A stretch of 57,216 nt of DNA, from positions 137,304 through 194,519 of the forward strand of contig JBNGIO010006248.1 of assembly GCA_049999805.1 (NCBI GenBank). The letters are read 5' to 3'. The position numbers were made by a program, and so were the translations under genes. Under the pieces are notes generated by a model. The model did no database searches, had not been told where the DNA came from, and worked only from the letters and a program-made list of their open reading frames with translations. The DNA comes from Folioceros fuciformis. Taxonomy: Eukaryota. Position 1 is the stretch's first letter. Each line of letters opens with the position of its first letter. Of the stretch, positions 34,292 through 46,981 are shown one piece after another.

Positions 34292-37183
34292 TGGTGCCTG
34301 TGCCGCTTGTCGGCAAAACCTGCAGGATGACAATCATGAGTTACCCTAATTCGCCACAGGCTGCGAGCAGGCCAACACCATTTCCAGATTGGAAGACGGA
34401 CACCTGCAGCTCCAGGCTAGAGGTGTTTAAGGTACCAAGGACCGGGCCAACAAAACAACCAAAATATATATCCAACAGGAACCTGGAAACTTTCTACCAA
34501 GCTCAAAGGCACGTACTTCAACCAGGGACCTCGCGAATTATGGTGCTTTCATTTCTCTGAATTTCCACAAAGGCAACCCGAGAGAGGAGAGCAACCAAAG
34601 CACAACGTTTCCTTCAAAGGATACCTGTCAATTTAAACGTGATCGTAGCATTCCACGCTCTACCAGCTCGTAAACCTCAGCAAAAACCTAATAAAGGCTG
34701 CTATAAGCAGAGATGCAGTGAAAAAGCCAGGTCCCAGACCATTTGTAACTAAAGCATCCTCGGCTCAAAGCATAGACAGCAGGACTACGCAGCTAGAAAC
34801 AAGAGAGGCTGAAGGAGGAGTTGTCAGCGTCCCAATTCGGGGAAAACAAGCTGAGGGAACTGCAGAGGAGGCCTGGTGTTACCTGGCACGTCCCTCCCTG
34901 CACGTGCCGGTCTACCGATGAACTGCCAAAACATGCAACTCCCAGAGCACGATGCGATGGAGGGAAGGAAGGAATACTACAGCCTCCACCCGATAACTCT
35001 TGAGCGTGCAAACCCTTGGGCCGAAGATTAAAAGCCGAGGGCACGGTCCGACTCCGAAGGTCTCATACCCGCGGTACATGTATCGCCATATACACGATTG
35101 GAGTCATCGAGATGGAAACGAGGTGACCTATCGCAATTGAACAAAGGGGAATTCAAAGCCACCACGCGCGTTAAGGACGTCCTCGACAACAATCGTTCTG
35201 AGCCGGAGAAGGTAGCGGTAAAGAGACCCAGCGTAATGTGCCGTGCGCCTGGATGTATACGCGATTCCTAGGCAAATGATAGTGGCATCATTTTGCGGAA
35301 GAGAAGTGCTCGCAAATGCTGGAAACATATGTTTCGGAGCAAATGGAAGAAATCAGACCAGTGTCACCTGCCTTTTTGCATGCGAATAAAGGAGACACCA
35401 CTCCTGCTCAAATCACAGTTGAAATCAGGGACTAAGTCCGAGCTCGCAGTGCTGAAAACGTCTCGCCTTGCAGAGTTCACAAGTATTCCATCATACTATA
35501 ATCTACCCGCCTGTCTGTACAAACAGACGCAGTGATGAAAGCAATAATCTACGCATCTGCACAGAACAACAACGCTGACGCCTAAAAGATCCATAGCTGA
35601 GCCTGACACAGGACTCTGAGGACGGCACCACACCGTCTAGGATTCTGTCTTTTGCCGTGCTGGTGCAGCATCCGTCTGAGGCCACGCATAGCTCTGAGAG
35701 TCCACTTCAATCTGCGCACCAGTGTCATTTGCCATTGTATGCGAATCAAGAAGTCGAGATTCCTGCTAAAACCGGACTTTCCATTGCGAGTAATCCAAGT
35801 CGTTGCCTCGCTTGCAGTACTCGCAATGAGAAGGTTTTCCATCCCTGCTTCCTGCATTTCCTCCTGTACTTCTCAATTACCAACGGAGAAATATCACCGT
35901 GACATCTTCGGATCCAACACATCACTTCACTGCCACGACATTTTCTACAGTGAGTCTCCGACTCCACGTTGCCACAACCAGATGGCCATGGAGGCCTACC
36001 CAAAGCAGGAAGTTCGAAGAAAGGATGGCCTGTGCCAGTCAGTGAGCAGCGCGCGTGGCCATCTCAACGGGGTGAAAACAAACCAGCTTGCCCATATATT
36101 ATACTAAACCAAAAGTAAATAAATAGATTTTCTTTATTTGTTTGTTTATTTACACCATACAACCCAAAATGGAAACAGAAGATTCCCTACACGTGTCAAT
36201 GAAGAAACGAGATTCCTGCTCAAAATTGGGACAAGTCTCCACCACAATGTTAAAAAGGCAATAATCTACGCATTGACACAAAACGAAATCAAGACTTAAA
36301 CATAAACAAAAACTCCATGCATAACTTTGGAGATTCGATCTTTTGTGACATCTACAACATCATACATGAGTGCATAGATGCTCTAGTTCACTTCAAATTT
36401 AAGCACACCTATATCATGTACTGAAATCTTAGTTAAGAATGCGGACTAGTTTGTAGCCTTAATGTTGAAGCCACCCCAGAACTCGAACTCGAAGCCCGGG
36501 CATCTATGGATTTGCACAATCAATACTACTCAATCATGAAAGATCCATAGCTAATCCTAACAATAACTTTGAACATTGTGCTACGTTCTCTCATATTTTG
36601 TCTTTAATTTCACTATCTTGATAGTTGATGTCAATCTCCACTTAGCATCTAATTACTTAGAGTATGAGGTAGTGCACCTCAATTGTTGACCCTTTGCTCA
36701 ATCTGAAAGGAAGGACTATTAGGAACGTCTCTATAAACAGCTAATCATGGGGCTAAGGATTCGAATCCTAGGGTTTCACTATCTTTTTACTCTCCCCACA
36801 TTTAGGAGCCTTTAAATTAATTTATTAGTATCCAGAAATGCGGGTTGAAAACCAAGCGGCATTTGCAATTCCATGCTAAGAACCAATTATAGTACAAAAG
36901 TTTGTACTAAGTGCAAACCACTACACACAAATTCTTGCTATGAGTATGCCTGTGTTCACAAGTGTGCTCCATAAACTAGCTAATACACATTTTAAGCACA
37001 TAATGATCAAAACAATCCTAAAAAATAGGGAAAAAAAAACCCAAAAAAATCCATTTTCTGGGCACTAGCACGTACTTGTGCGCACCATGGCTTTAAGGTT
37101 TTATTATTTTTTGGATTTTTTTTGTATAAAAGATCTGTTTTGATCATTTTTTACCCCTTTTTGCACAATTTTGTAGTGAGAAC

Positions 37184-38344
37184 ATGAGTACATCTTAACT
37201 AGTCCTCATCTTTCTTTCGATCATCTATAGTTACAAGTACAATGGGTATGCAGGGAGTTCTTGGAGCTCAAGGAATGCTAGGCTGAGATCCTCTCAAGAG
37301 CGCTCTTGGCTTTGCTGATGCCAAAATAGCAAAACGACCCCCCATTAAGCAGTTAGCCTCTTGTTCCAATCTTGGGAACATTGTCATTAAGGCTACTAAG
37401 TGGGGTAGGTGTGAGCGTACTCACTGAACTCTAGGAGTGCACCGGTATACCGATGCACCCGCACTTGAAAACCTTCATTTTCAATCAAGAAAGCTTTCTT
37501 CAACATAGTCACTTAACTGCAAGAGTGACCATGTCTACTAACGCCCTTGCACTTGAAAACTTCATTTTTCATCGAGAAAATTTTCTTAAACATACTCACT
37601 TAATTGCAAGGTTGCATCGGTCTATTGGTGCACTCACACTCGAAAAACTTTATTTTCAATTAAGAAAACTTTCTTAAACATACTCACTTAACTATAGGAG
37701 AGCACCGATCTACTGTCGCACCCACACTGTAGAATTGCGCCGGTAGACCGGCGCACTTGGACCGCTTGTTTTTTTAATTTTTGAATTAAGGAGTTGCAAA
37801 AAATGGTAAAAAGTGGATACAAAGCTAGGATCGTACCAATGGCAGAATGCACCAAACAGGCTTTGTGGAATCCGATCGTTTTGACCAGATTGAATTATCC
37901 AATCTATGCCCTGACTCCATTATATTGAACTTCGTTTCCTCTAATTGACAACCATGTCTTGTCCTTCGCCCCGCTAGATCCTTGAGCTGGGATCCGAAGG
38001 CATTCACCAACTTGAAGGGGTCACTAGACAGCGAGCCCTGCAAGTTAGACCAATCCACCAACCGCTTAGGAGTTCATCTTCTCATACCTCGTCTCGTAGG
38101 ACCCCTGAGTACGCTCACACCTACCCCACTACGTAGCCTTAACGACAGTGTTCCCAAGATTGCAACAGGAGGCTAATGCTCAATGGGGGGTCGTTTCGCT
38201 ATTCTGGCGTCGGCAAAGCCAAGAGCGCTCCTGGGAGGATATCAGCCTAGCATTCCTTGAGCTCCAAGAACTCCCTGCATACCCATTGTACTTGTAACTG
38301 TAGATGATAAAAAGAAAGATGAGGACTAGTTAAGACGTACTCAT
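37184..38344. repeat. About 240-bp inverted repeat arms (37184-37423 / 38106-38344) flanking a spacer with ~88-bp tandem repeats
   Basis: Arms are reverse complements over long stretches (e.g. gttacaagtacaatgggtatgcagggagttcttggagctcaaggaatgctaggctga). Spacer 37461-37730 has about 3 copies of gcacttgaaaac.ttcattttc...aacata.tcacttaa.tg. Confidence 0.85.
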
Positions 38345-39022
38345 ATTCGTGAGTTAAGTTAGTAAGAAAGGAGCCCTTCTTCCAAGAGCCTCACACATTG
38401 GAGGGTACGAACCCACCTTGCCAACATAGTGCACCCTACATGTCGGAAGACGAAGTCTTTTCCACTCCTTGTGCAGATGATGATAGTGAAACTGATTGGC
38501 ATGAAGTTATGATCACACTCCTAAGTGAAGAGGGTAACTCAACGGCGCTCATTCTCGTAGGAGAGGAGGACTGCGATTTTGTGAAGCAAGGGAATCTTAA
38601 CCTCATCCTTATATAAGTGGAGAAAATCGATCATGGGCAGGATCAAGAATAGCTGGGTCTAGAATGAGGCAAGTCTCGATTGCTATCCTGGTAGCAAGGA
38701 AATTAGGGGCATCATGGTAGTATTTGGCTGTGGCCACTTCTAACCCTAAGGAACTTCCAATGGTGGTAACTAGGGAAAAGATGCGAGCATTATATGATAA
38801 GGTTTTTGCAACTCTCATGTTGGGGNNNNNNNNNNNNNNNNNNNNNNNNNNNNNNNNNNNNNNNNNNNNNNNNNNNNNNNNNNNNNNNNNNNNNNNNNNN
38901 NNNNNNNNNNNNNNNNNNNNNNNNNGGTGATAGGTATGTAGGGAACTGAAGTGGAGTTTTTTTAGTGGAAACTACTTGAAAGAGGGTCAACACTATGTTG
39001 TAGTCCTCCTACGAGAGGCTAG

Positions 39023-39304
39023 TGTAGGGTTATTAAAGCCCAATGTGCTTAGGCTAATGTGTTTAGTCTAAGATTAGTGTCTAGTTAAGTATCATTAGTT
39101 TAGATTAGCTTAAGCTAATCTGTAGGAAGCTTCTTGCGCAGCTTGCTGTGAGCTTCTTGTGAAGCTTCCTAGGGAGCTCTTCTAGAGCGTATAAATACCC
39201 CCTTGAGCTCCCTTGCCAACTACTCTCAATGTGACCTCTTCTTCTCCTCTCCTCTCTGCCTCCTCTTCTCCTCTCCTCCACCATGCTCCTCTAGTGATCC
39301 TATT
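39023..39304 (+). repeat. 5' LTR
   Basis: Direct repeat of 43445-43735, containing tataaata. Confidence 0.93.
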
Positions 39305-39913
39305 AGTGGTATCAGAGCAGGTTGTGGAGCAAGACCATGAAGATGGCCATCTAGGAGAGGGAGGGTAGCCACGCAGGCGCCACCTCGATGCCATGCAGGC
39401 GCCACCTAGGCGCCATGTGAGAGCCACTTGGGCGCCACCGGGCGCCACATCAGCGCCACCTAGGCGCCATGTGAGCACCAACGGGCGCCACATCAGCGCC
39501 GCTTAGGCACCACGCGGGCGCCACCTTGGCGCCACTAGGCACCACTTGGGCTCACCGGGAGCCACGCAGGCGCCACCGGCGTGCCACCTAGGCGCCTCCG
39601 GACACCACGTGGGTGCCCATTACGCGTGAAACGAGCATGCCAGTGAAGCGAGGACCCGATTGACGAGCGCCAGAAAGTGAACAAATCGCAGACGCCGGGA
39701 GCGAGTGTGTGGGCGCCGTATTGACCCCGGCTGAGGAAGTCAGGATCTCGATCAGACGTAGGAGGACATTCCTGTTATGAACGATAGAGGCCCAAGTTGT
39801 GGACATACGATTCGGAAGAAGTTATGAGGGTAACCTGTAGAATCTACATTTCATTTCGACCAATTTCAAACTAGCTTTTTGGTTGATTTGGATCGATTTT
39901 GAAGCATAACGTC

Positions 39914-42900
39914 ATGTTCAATATCGAGAAGTTAGATGGTACTAACTTCCCGTTCTGGAAAGAACAAGTGTATAATGTTCTAGTACAGAAGAAGCAGATC
40001 AAGCCCATCAAGCTGCTAGGAGTGAAACCTGTTAGCATGACTCAGGATGAGTGGCAGGATCTAGATGAGCTTGCTAGGTCTACCATCATGCTAACAGTGT
40101 TGAAGTCGGTCTACTTCAACGTGAAAGACAAGACCACAAGTTTCGCGCTATGGCAGAAGCTGTGTGACTTGTATGAGAAGCAAAGTGCGGCTTCTCAGGT
40201 GTATTGGTTGAAACAGCTGGTGGACTTGAAGATGAAGGAAGGGACGAGGATGTCCGATCATCTGAATGAGTTCAATACCATTTTCAGCCAGCTCTCATCT
40301 CAAGGTATCTCGTTCCCAGATTCCATGAGAGCTATGTTTCTGTTGGTCACATTACCAGAGAGCTGAGACACCTTCCGTACGGCTCTGAGTAATTCCGCTC
40401 CTGCCAGTGGTCTTACCGTTGTAAATGTAGAAGGTAGCCTGTTAACAGAGGAGGTGAACAGGAAGAATATGGAACCTTCGAAAGGTTCTAATGCCCTCAT
40501 GGTGAGAGGAAGGTCCACTTCAAAGGGGAAGTACAAGGAGCGAAGTTCTTCCCGCAGCAAATCTCGTAGTCGTAACAATGTTGAGTGTTACCATTGTCAC
40601 AAGAAGGGTCACATCAGAAGGGACTGCGAGAAGTTCAAGAAGGAAAAAGGCAAGGAGAAGAAGCAGAGCGACAACAAGGCAGATTCGAGTATCGAGCGTG
40701 ATGAGGTGAACTCTGTTGACGATGAAGATGTTCTTATCTCTTCTTCTTTTGATTCTGCACAACTGACAGCCATGGAGAGTCACTTATTCTCTAATTGGAT
40801 AATTGACTCTGGAGCATCTTTCCATGTTACTTCGCATAGGGAGTGGTTTAGCACTTATGATGCTACTAGGAAAGGATGTGTTCGGCTTGGAAATAACTAC
40901 GCGTGCAAGATAGCAGGCGTTGGTGATGTGCAGCTGAAGTTCGACAACGGATCTTCATTCACACTAAAGGATGTCAGGCATGTTCCGAAGTTGACCAAAA
41001 GCATGATTAGCGCAGGGCAGTCGGATGACGCTGGCTACCACTATTGGTTTGGAGATCGTTCTTGAAAGATCTCCAAAGGTTCTCTTGTGATAGCTCGTGG
41101 ATCGAAGTGTGGCACTTTGTACTCACTTCAGGTAACCACTGTCAAGGATCATGTGATTTGTGTAGCGGAACAGCCAAGTGTTTCCTTGTGGCATAGTCGG
41201 TTAGGACATATGTCTCAGAAAGGAATGAAGATCTTATCTCGTTTTGGTTACGTCCCTGCTCTTGACTTCTCCGATTTCTCCGTGTGTCAGCACGTGTGAA
41301 GCGGTGGTTACGGCAGTGCATCTTATTAACAGATCTCCTAATAGGGCTGTGGATGAACAGGTTCCAGAGGAGATGTGGTCTGGAAAGAAGCCGTCATACA
41401 AACATCTACGAGTGTTTGGCTGCGAGGCATACTACCATGTTCTGAAGGAGTTTCGCGACAAGTTGGCTCCTAAGTCAAGAAAATGTATTTTTCTTGGCTA
41501 TGGTGAATCTGGTGAGATGGGATACCGTCTGTGGGATCCAGAAGCCAAGAGGATGGTTCGCAGCAATGATGTGTTCTTCAATGAGACCAAGATGCACAAG
41601 AAGCCTACTCCAACTGTGGAGGTGCGACGGGTGGTCTTCCAAGAAGATGGACTTGACCGTCCCGCGCAGGCTGAACATCGTGATGTGCAGGAACAATTTC
41701 GTCCATTTGTAGACGAGGAGAGAGTGCAACCAGCTCCGGTCGAGGCGCCAGTGCTTCGTAGGTCAGTGCTTTGTAGGTCAGGAAGGATCTCACGTCCTCC
41801 TGACAGGTATGTTGCATCTCTTGATTATGTCATGCTGACGGATTGTGGGGAGCCCTCTTGTTACCAAGAGGCCATGTCAGTGACTGACAAAAACAAGTGG
41901 GAGAAGGTGATGCAGTCGCAGATGGATTCGCTCCATAAGAACCAAACTTGGGAGTTGGTTCGGTTGCCTAAGGGCAAAAAGGCGTTGCCATGCAAATAGG
42001 TGTATAAGATGAAGGACATACCCCATTATGGCAAACCCAAGTACAAGGCACGATTGGTTGCGAAGGGTTTTAAGCAACAGCAAGGTATTAACTTTGATGA
42101 GATTTTCTCACCAGTTGTCAAAATGACCACCTTGCGATGTGTTCTTGGTCTGGTTGCGAGGCTCGACATGGAACTTGTCCAGATGGATGTGAAGTCGGCA
42201 TTTTTGCATGGTGATCTCCAGGAAGAGGTATACATGCAGCAACCAGAGGGTTTCATTGAGAAGGGCAAAGAGAGTCTGGTGTGCAAGTTAAAGAAGAGCC
42301 TTTATGGTTTGAAGCAAGCACCCAGGGAGTGGTATTTCAAGTTCCACTCATTTATGCTTTCTCAAGGCTACAAGCGTAGCGATGAGGATCATTGCCTCTG
42401 TACGAAGCAAGCTAAGGATGGAAGCTTGCTCATTCTAGTCCTCTATGTGGATGATATGCTAATTGCTGGGACTAACATTGATGAGATTTCAGCGTTGCAG
42501 TCAAAGTTGAATGGTCGCTTTGACATGACAGACTTGGGGGAGGCAAGCCATATTCTTGGCATGCGTATTCGTCGAGACAGACAGAAGCGTTTGATGTACT
42601 TGTCTCAGACAGAATACATTAACAAGGTGCTTCAACATTTCAATATGGAGAAGGGGAAGGTCTTAAGTACTCCGTTGCCTCCATATGTGAAACTTTCGAG
42701 CAAGGATTGCCCAAGTTCTACGGAGGATAAAGCTGAAATGGAGAAGGTTCCATACTCATCAGCTGTAGAGAGTTTGATGTATGCAATGATTGCTACACGT
42801 CCTGACATTGCTTTTGCAGTGGGAGTGGTTAGCAGGTTCATGTCAAACCCTTGCAGGAAGCATTGGGAGGCAGTGAAAAGAGTTATGAGGTATTTGAATG

Positions 42901-43401
42901 GTACAAAAGCTTTGTGCTTATGTTTTGGTAGTGAAGATGCATCTGTAGTGGGATATACGGATGCTGATTATGCAGGGGATATGGACAAAAGGAGGTCCAC
43001 ATCAGGTTATGTCTTCATGTGCACTGGAGGGGCAGTCTCATGGCGATCTCGTTTGCAATCGTGCATAATGCTATCTACCACAGAGGCCGAGTATGTTGCA
43101 GCGACTGAGGCTTGCAAGGAAGCCATGTGGCTTGCTCGTTTAGTGGGAGATTTGGGGATCAAGGTGAGCTGCCAGTGTTGCATTGTGATAGCCAGAGTGC
43201 TATCCAGTTGGCGAAGAATCCAGTGTTTCATGCGAAGACCAAACATGTGGAAGTGAAGTATCACTTCATTCGAGAGGTGTTGGAAGACAAGAGGGTACAG
43301 CTTGTCAAAGTTCACACCAGTTAGAACCCTGCAGATGTTCTTACCAAGGGGCTCTCTACGGAGCAATTCACACAAGCTCGGACACTCATGGGCATGAGCT
43401 A
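39914..43401 (+). pseudogene. Disrupted gag-pol polyprotein
   Basis: Stops at 40364, 41063, 41997 and 43322. Integrase core missing near 41290. Frameshift near 43160. Confidence 0.92.
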
Positions 43402-43444
43402 GACCACTCTCTTATGAAGGTAAATTGGCCTTTAAGTGGGAGGT

Positions 43445-43735
43445 TGTAGGGTTATTAAAGCCCAATGTGCTTAGGCTAATGTGTTTAGTCTAAGATTAGT
43501 GTCTAGTTANNNNNNNNNNGTATCATTAGTTTAGATTAGCTTAAGCTAATCTGTAGGAAGCTTCTTGCGCAGCTTCCTGTGAGCTTCTTGTGAAGCTTCC
43601 TAGGGAGCTCTTCTAGAGGGTATAAATACCCCATTGAGCTCCCTTGCCAACTACTCTCAATGTGACCTCTTTTTCTCCTCTCCTCTCTGCCTCCTCTTCT
43701 CCTCTCCTCCACCATGCTCCTCTAGTGATCCTACA
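43445..43735 (+). repeat. 3' LTR
   Basis: Near-identical to the 5' LTR; contains a 10-N gap; ends in CA followed by the GCTAG TSD. Confidence 0.95.
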
Positions 43736-43996
43736 GCTAGTGTGCCTCTATGACTCCTTTGAATCCATGATGGAGATGGGTACTACATACGCCATGGATG
43801 CATGAATGGATGGGTTTCATGCATACCTTACATCCTGAGAGGATGCCTTAAGGTTTAGGGCTTAGGGGGGTATGCATGAGTAAGGTATGCATTTAACCCA
43901 TGGGTTTAGGGTAAGGATGCCTTAGGGTTTAGGGTTTCATGGATGCATACATCACACACAACCAGTCCCACAAGGAAGAAGGGCTTACGACAACAT

Positions 43997-44175
43997 CCTT
44001 GCAAATAAACCGCTGCTTGACACAAAGGACTACACCCCTTGCAAATAAACCGCTGCTTGACACAAAGGACTGCTCCCCTTGCNNNNNNNNNNCCCTTGCA
44101 AATAAACCGCTGCTTGACACAAAGGACTGCTCCCCTTGCAAATAAACCGCTGCTTGACACAAAGGACTGCTCCCC
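43997..44175. repeat. 40-bp tandem repeat with an internal gap
   Basis: Unit cccttgcaaataaaccgctgcttgacacaaaggactgctc, at least 4 copies. Confidence 0.92.
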
Positions 44176-44492
44176 ACTGTTTAGGTCCATTTGGAGCAGC
44201 TACCTGGAAGTCAAGACTCTTCTGATGCCGCCCCTTCTCGTGAACATGAACAACGTTCTAGGTACCCTTTTACAAGGCTTTTGGAGACTTAGGGCGCCAT
44301 AGATTGTGTCGCGAGAGTATGGCTTGCAAATATTTGGGGAAGTTGGTCGCCAAGGGTAGTGCCAACTTGGGCACCTATGAAACAAGGTTGGGAGCTATTG
44401 GAAAGAGGTGAAGGAAATCTGAGAGGATTTTGGAATCTTGGTGTGACATATTCGTTTTATGCTTAACTGGTTATAGGAAGGGCTGATTGTGA

Positions 44493-44790
44493 GGATGAAG
44501 CAAGCCTTGCTTCAGAAGTCGGAAATGGTCGAGGAGGTTAGGGGAGCCTATGGCATGGATACTAGGGAGGGAGATTCTGACGCCCAAGACCAAGAGGCTT
44601 CTTTGGAACTTGATCAGGCATTCTATGTTTTGCCAGGGCTGAATGTGGGGATGAAGCAAGCCTTGCTTCAGAAGCCGGAAATGGTCAAGGAGGTTAGGGG
44701 AGCCTATGGCATGGATACTAGGGGGGGAGATTCTGACGCCGAGGACCAGGAGGCTTCTTTGGAACTTGATCGGGCATTCTATGTTTTGCC
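44493..44790. repeat. 156-bp direct duplication (about 1.9 copies)
   Basis: ggatgaagcaagccttgcttcagaag...gcattctatgttttgcc starts at 44493 and 44649. Confidence 0.9.
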
Positions 44791-46051
44791 GCAAGCGGAT
44801 GATGGAGGCTCGAGATCCTTTAGGGTGACATCACTAGAAGGGTTTCTTGGAGAAGCAAGGCAAGAGAGGGTTAGATTTTTCAACAATCCCTGCCCCCCAT
44901 CACAATCTTGACAAGGTCCCCGCAAGCAAGACGGTGGCCCAAGAAGAGCAACCTGCTCATCCAGGGTCCATAAGCAAGCCTCTGACCTAGTGTTGGTTCT
45001 GCTTGGTAGAGAATTGGCAACTGACCTTACGACCCGATATCTTTCGATGGCCAAAGTGGTTAGGTGGCCAACATGGGAGCTCTTTGTCCTTCTTTAACTT
45101 TTGAACAATAGACTTTTATTTTTGCTTGGTTCGTTTGCAAAAAGTTAGTCAGCGTCGACCAATGGCTCCAAGGTGGAGCATTCCCGTACGGCATCAGAAA
45201 GTAGCCCTCTGCCTTCTTTGGTCAACTGCAGGAGTTCCCCTTAATGTCAGAGTTCCAGTTTGGTGCCCTTTTCAGGCTTGTTTACCTAATGCAAACTATT
45301 GAGATGGGTTGTTAGTAGCAGCGGGGGACGAAGCATGCAGATTATGCAACAATGGAGCCCTGCACAACAGCCAAAATATGTTCTTCCAATGCAAGTTTGC
45401 TCGACAAGTTTGGCGAGAGGTTGAGGGCTGGATGCAATAGCTCTTTCCTTTGGTGAATCCGATACGCACAAAACAATCTGCCCTCTTCGATCTAGGTCAA
45501 TCTTCGGGTAATCCATTGATGCCGAATCAATGATGGGGTTTGGTTTGGAGCTCATGCATCTTTTGCCTTTGGAGGAACTAGACAACAATTATATATGGCG
45601 GGAGGGCCTCATTGACTACCAAGGTTGTAGTATGGCACGTTTGAGAACAAGTCGTAACGGCAGCGGAAAATCTCCAAGTATACTTCTCCTCGTAGGTTCA
45701 AACGGAAAGATACGAAGCGTGCATGCTTTTTGCGATGATATGTGGATTCACAATTGCCCTTGGGGAAGTTTATCAGTGAACTAGGTCGGGCAAAGTCCCC
45801 TCCTCAGGCTCATGCGCTCTGAGTGTATAGTGGTCGCCTAAAAGTGCCTACACGCAATACTTATAATCTCCCTTAGCAAGCAATTACTTGTACAATCTGA
45901 AGTTTGTTTTTGCAAAACAAAATTATTATTGAAACTCTATCCATATGCCTATGTTTATAGGAAAGGTAATAGAACAAAAAAATTATAATTATAATTAATA
46001 ATATTAAAATTTGAGTTTGAACATACAATGTTTTTAGAAGGTCTAATCTAG

Positions 46052-46981
46052 TTAACTATTCTCACCTTGAAAAACATTCAACTTTCTCATTTTCCTCTTG
46101 AAAACATTAAAAATGATATCTTTGTCTCTTTTCCTAATGTGCGTATCCTTCTCTCCCTTAAACCAATTGTGTTGTTTTATTCTTGAAATATCAATACGCT
46201 CTTTCGGATCACGAGTTAGCATTCTTAATAGTAAATCAACACATTCATAAGAAAGCTCATTAACACTTAGTAGTGCATACTCATTAGCCAAAAAATCATC
46301 ATCCTTATTAGGTTGGCTAAAGAGCTCTTCTCCCACTACCATTTTGAATAAAGTTACCCCTAGAGACCATATATCACATGGTGGTGCTTTATAAGTCGAA
46401 TTCGAACGAATTTCTGGAGCCATGTACACTCTTGTTCCACAGTAACCATTATATTCTGTATCAGAGTCCCCTCTACAAGCGCATCCAAAATCTGCAATCT
46501 TTAAAACATCAGATTCATTAAGAAGTAAGTTACTTGGTTTAAGATCACGATGGAAAATTCCTTTATTATGGCAATATTCTAAACCATAAACGATTTGCTT
46601 GAAGTAAAATCTCGCCCTATCTTCATCCAAGCCATATCCTTCTTGTATAGCTTCTCGTAAGGTTCCACCTTTCATCATTTCTGTAACTAAAAATACTCGA
46701 TTATTACTTTTATATTTGGTAATAATCTTCAGTATATTTGGGTGGTCCAAATCTTGGAGGCACTTCATTTCAAATAATATTTTTTTATACATATTGTTGG
46801 AACCTGTGTGACGGAACACCTTGATTGCTACTGGGCTTTTGGTCATTATATTTTTTCCAAGAAAAATTCGGCCTCCGGAACCTTGCCCTAACAACTTTTC
46901 TGTGTACATATTATAATTTCCAATTTTTTCAACTTTGTAGCTATGCCCGGCAACACGAGGTTCTCTTTGTGCCTTTTCCAT
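46052..46981 (-). CDS. Ser/Thr protein kinase, CAMK group (SnRK/CIPK-like catalytic domain only), intronless, AT-rich
   Basis: LGQGSGG, VAIK, HPNI, YFKQIVYGLEYCH, HRDLKPSN, DFG, CGTRVYMAPE, DIWSLGV, DPKERI. First ATG is MEKAQRE. Confidence 0.9.
   Translation of the reverse strand: MEKAQREPRVAGHSYKVEKIGNYNMYTEKLLGQGSGGRIFLGKNIMTKSPVAIKVFRHTGSNNMYKKILFEMKCLQDLDHPNILKIITKYKSNNRVFLVTEMMKGGTLREAIQEGYGLDEDRARFYFKQIVYGLEYCHNKGIFHRDLKPSNLLLNESDVLKIADFGCACRGDSDTEYNGYCGTRVYMAPEIRSNSTYKAPPCDIWSLGVTLFKMVVGEELFSQPNKDDDFLANEYALLSVNELSYECVDLLLRMLTRDPKERIDISRIKQHNWFKGEKDTHIRKRDKDIIFNVFKRKMRKLNVFQGENS

Larger units (their letters stand above)
39023..43735 (+). mobile_element. Ty1/Copia LTR retrotransposon, decayed and non-autonomous
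   Basis: LTRs 39023-~39304 and 43445-43735 (outer ends TG...CA), GCTAG target-site duplication (39018-22, 43736-40), tRNA-Met PBS TGGTATCAGAGC at 39307, purine tract before the 3' LTR. Gag (IEKLDGTNF..W, CYHCHKKGHIRRDC), protease (WIIDSGAS), RT (KARLVAKG, QMDVKSAFLHG, LYVDDML) and RNaseH (YTDADYAG, STTEAEY) are in Copia order. Confidence 0.97.

Noticed and set aside
37002-37148. Small inverted pair aatgatcaaaaca / tgttttgatcatt (possible MITE)
   Set aside because: AT-rich and low complexity, with no clear TSD or termini.
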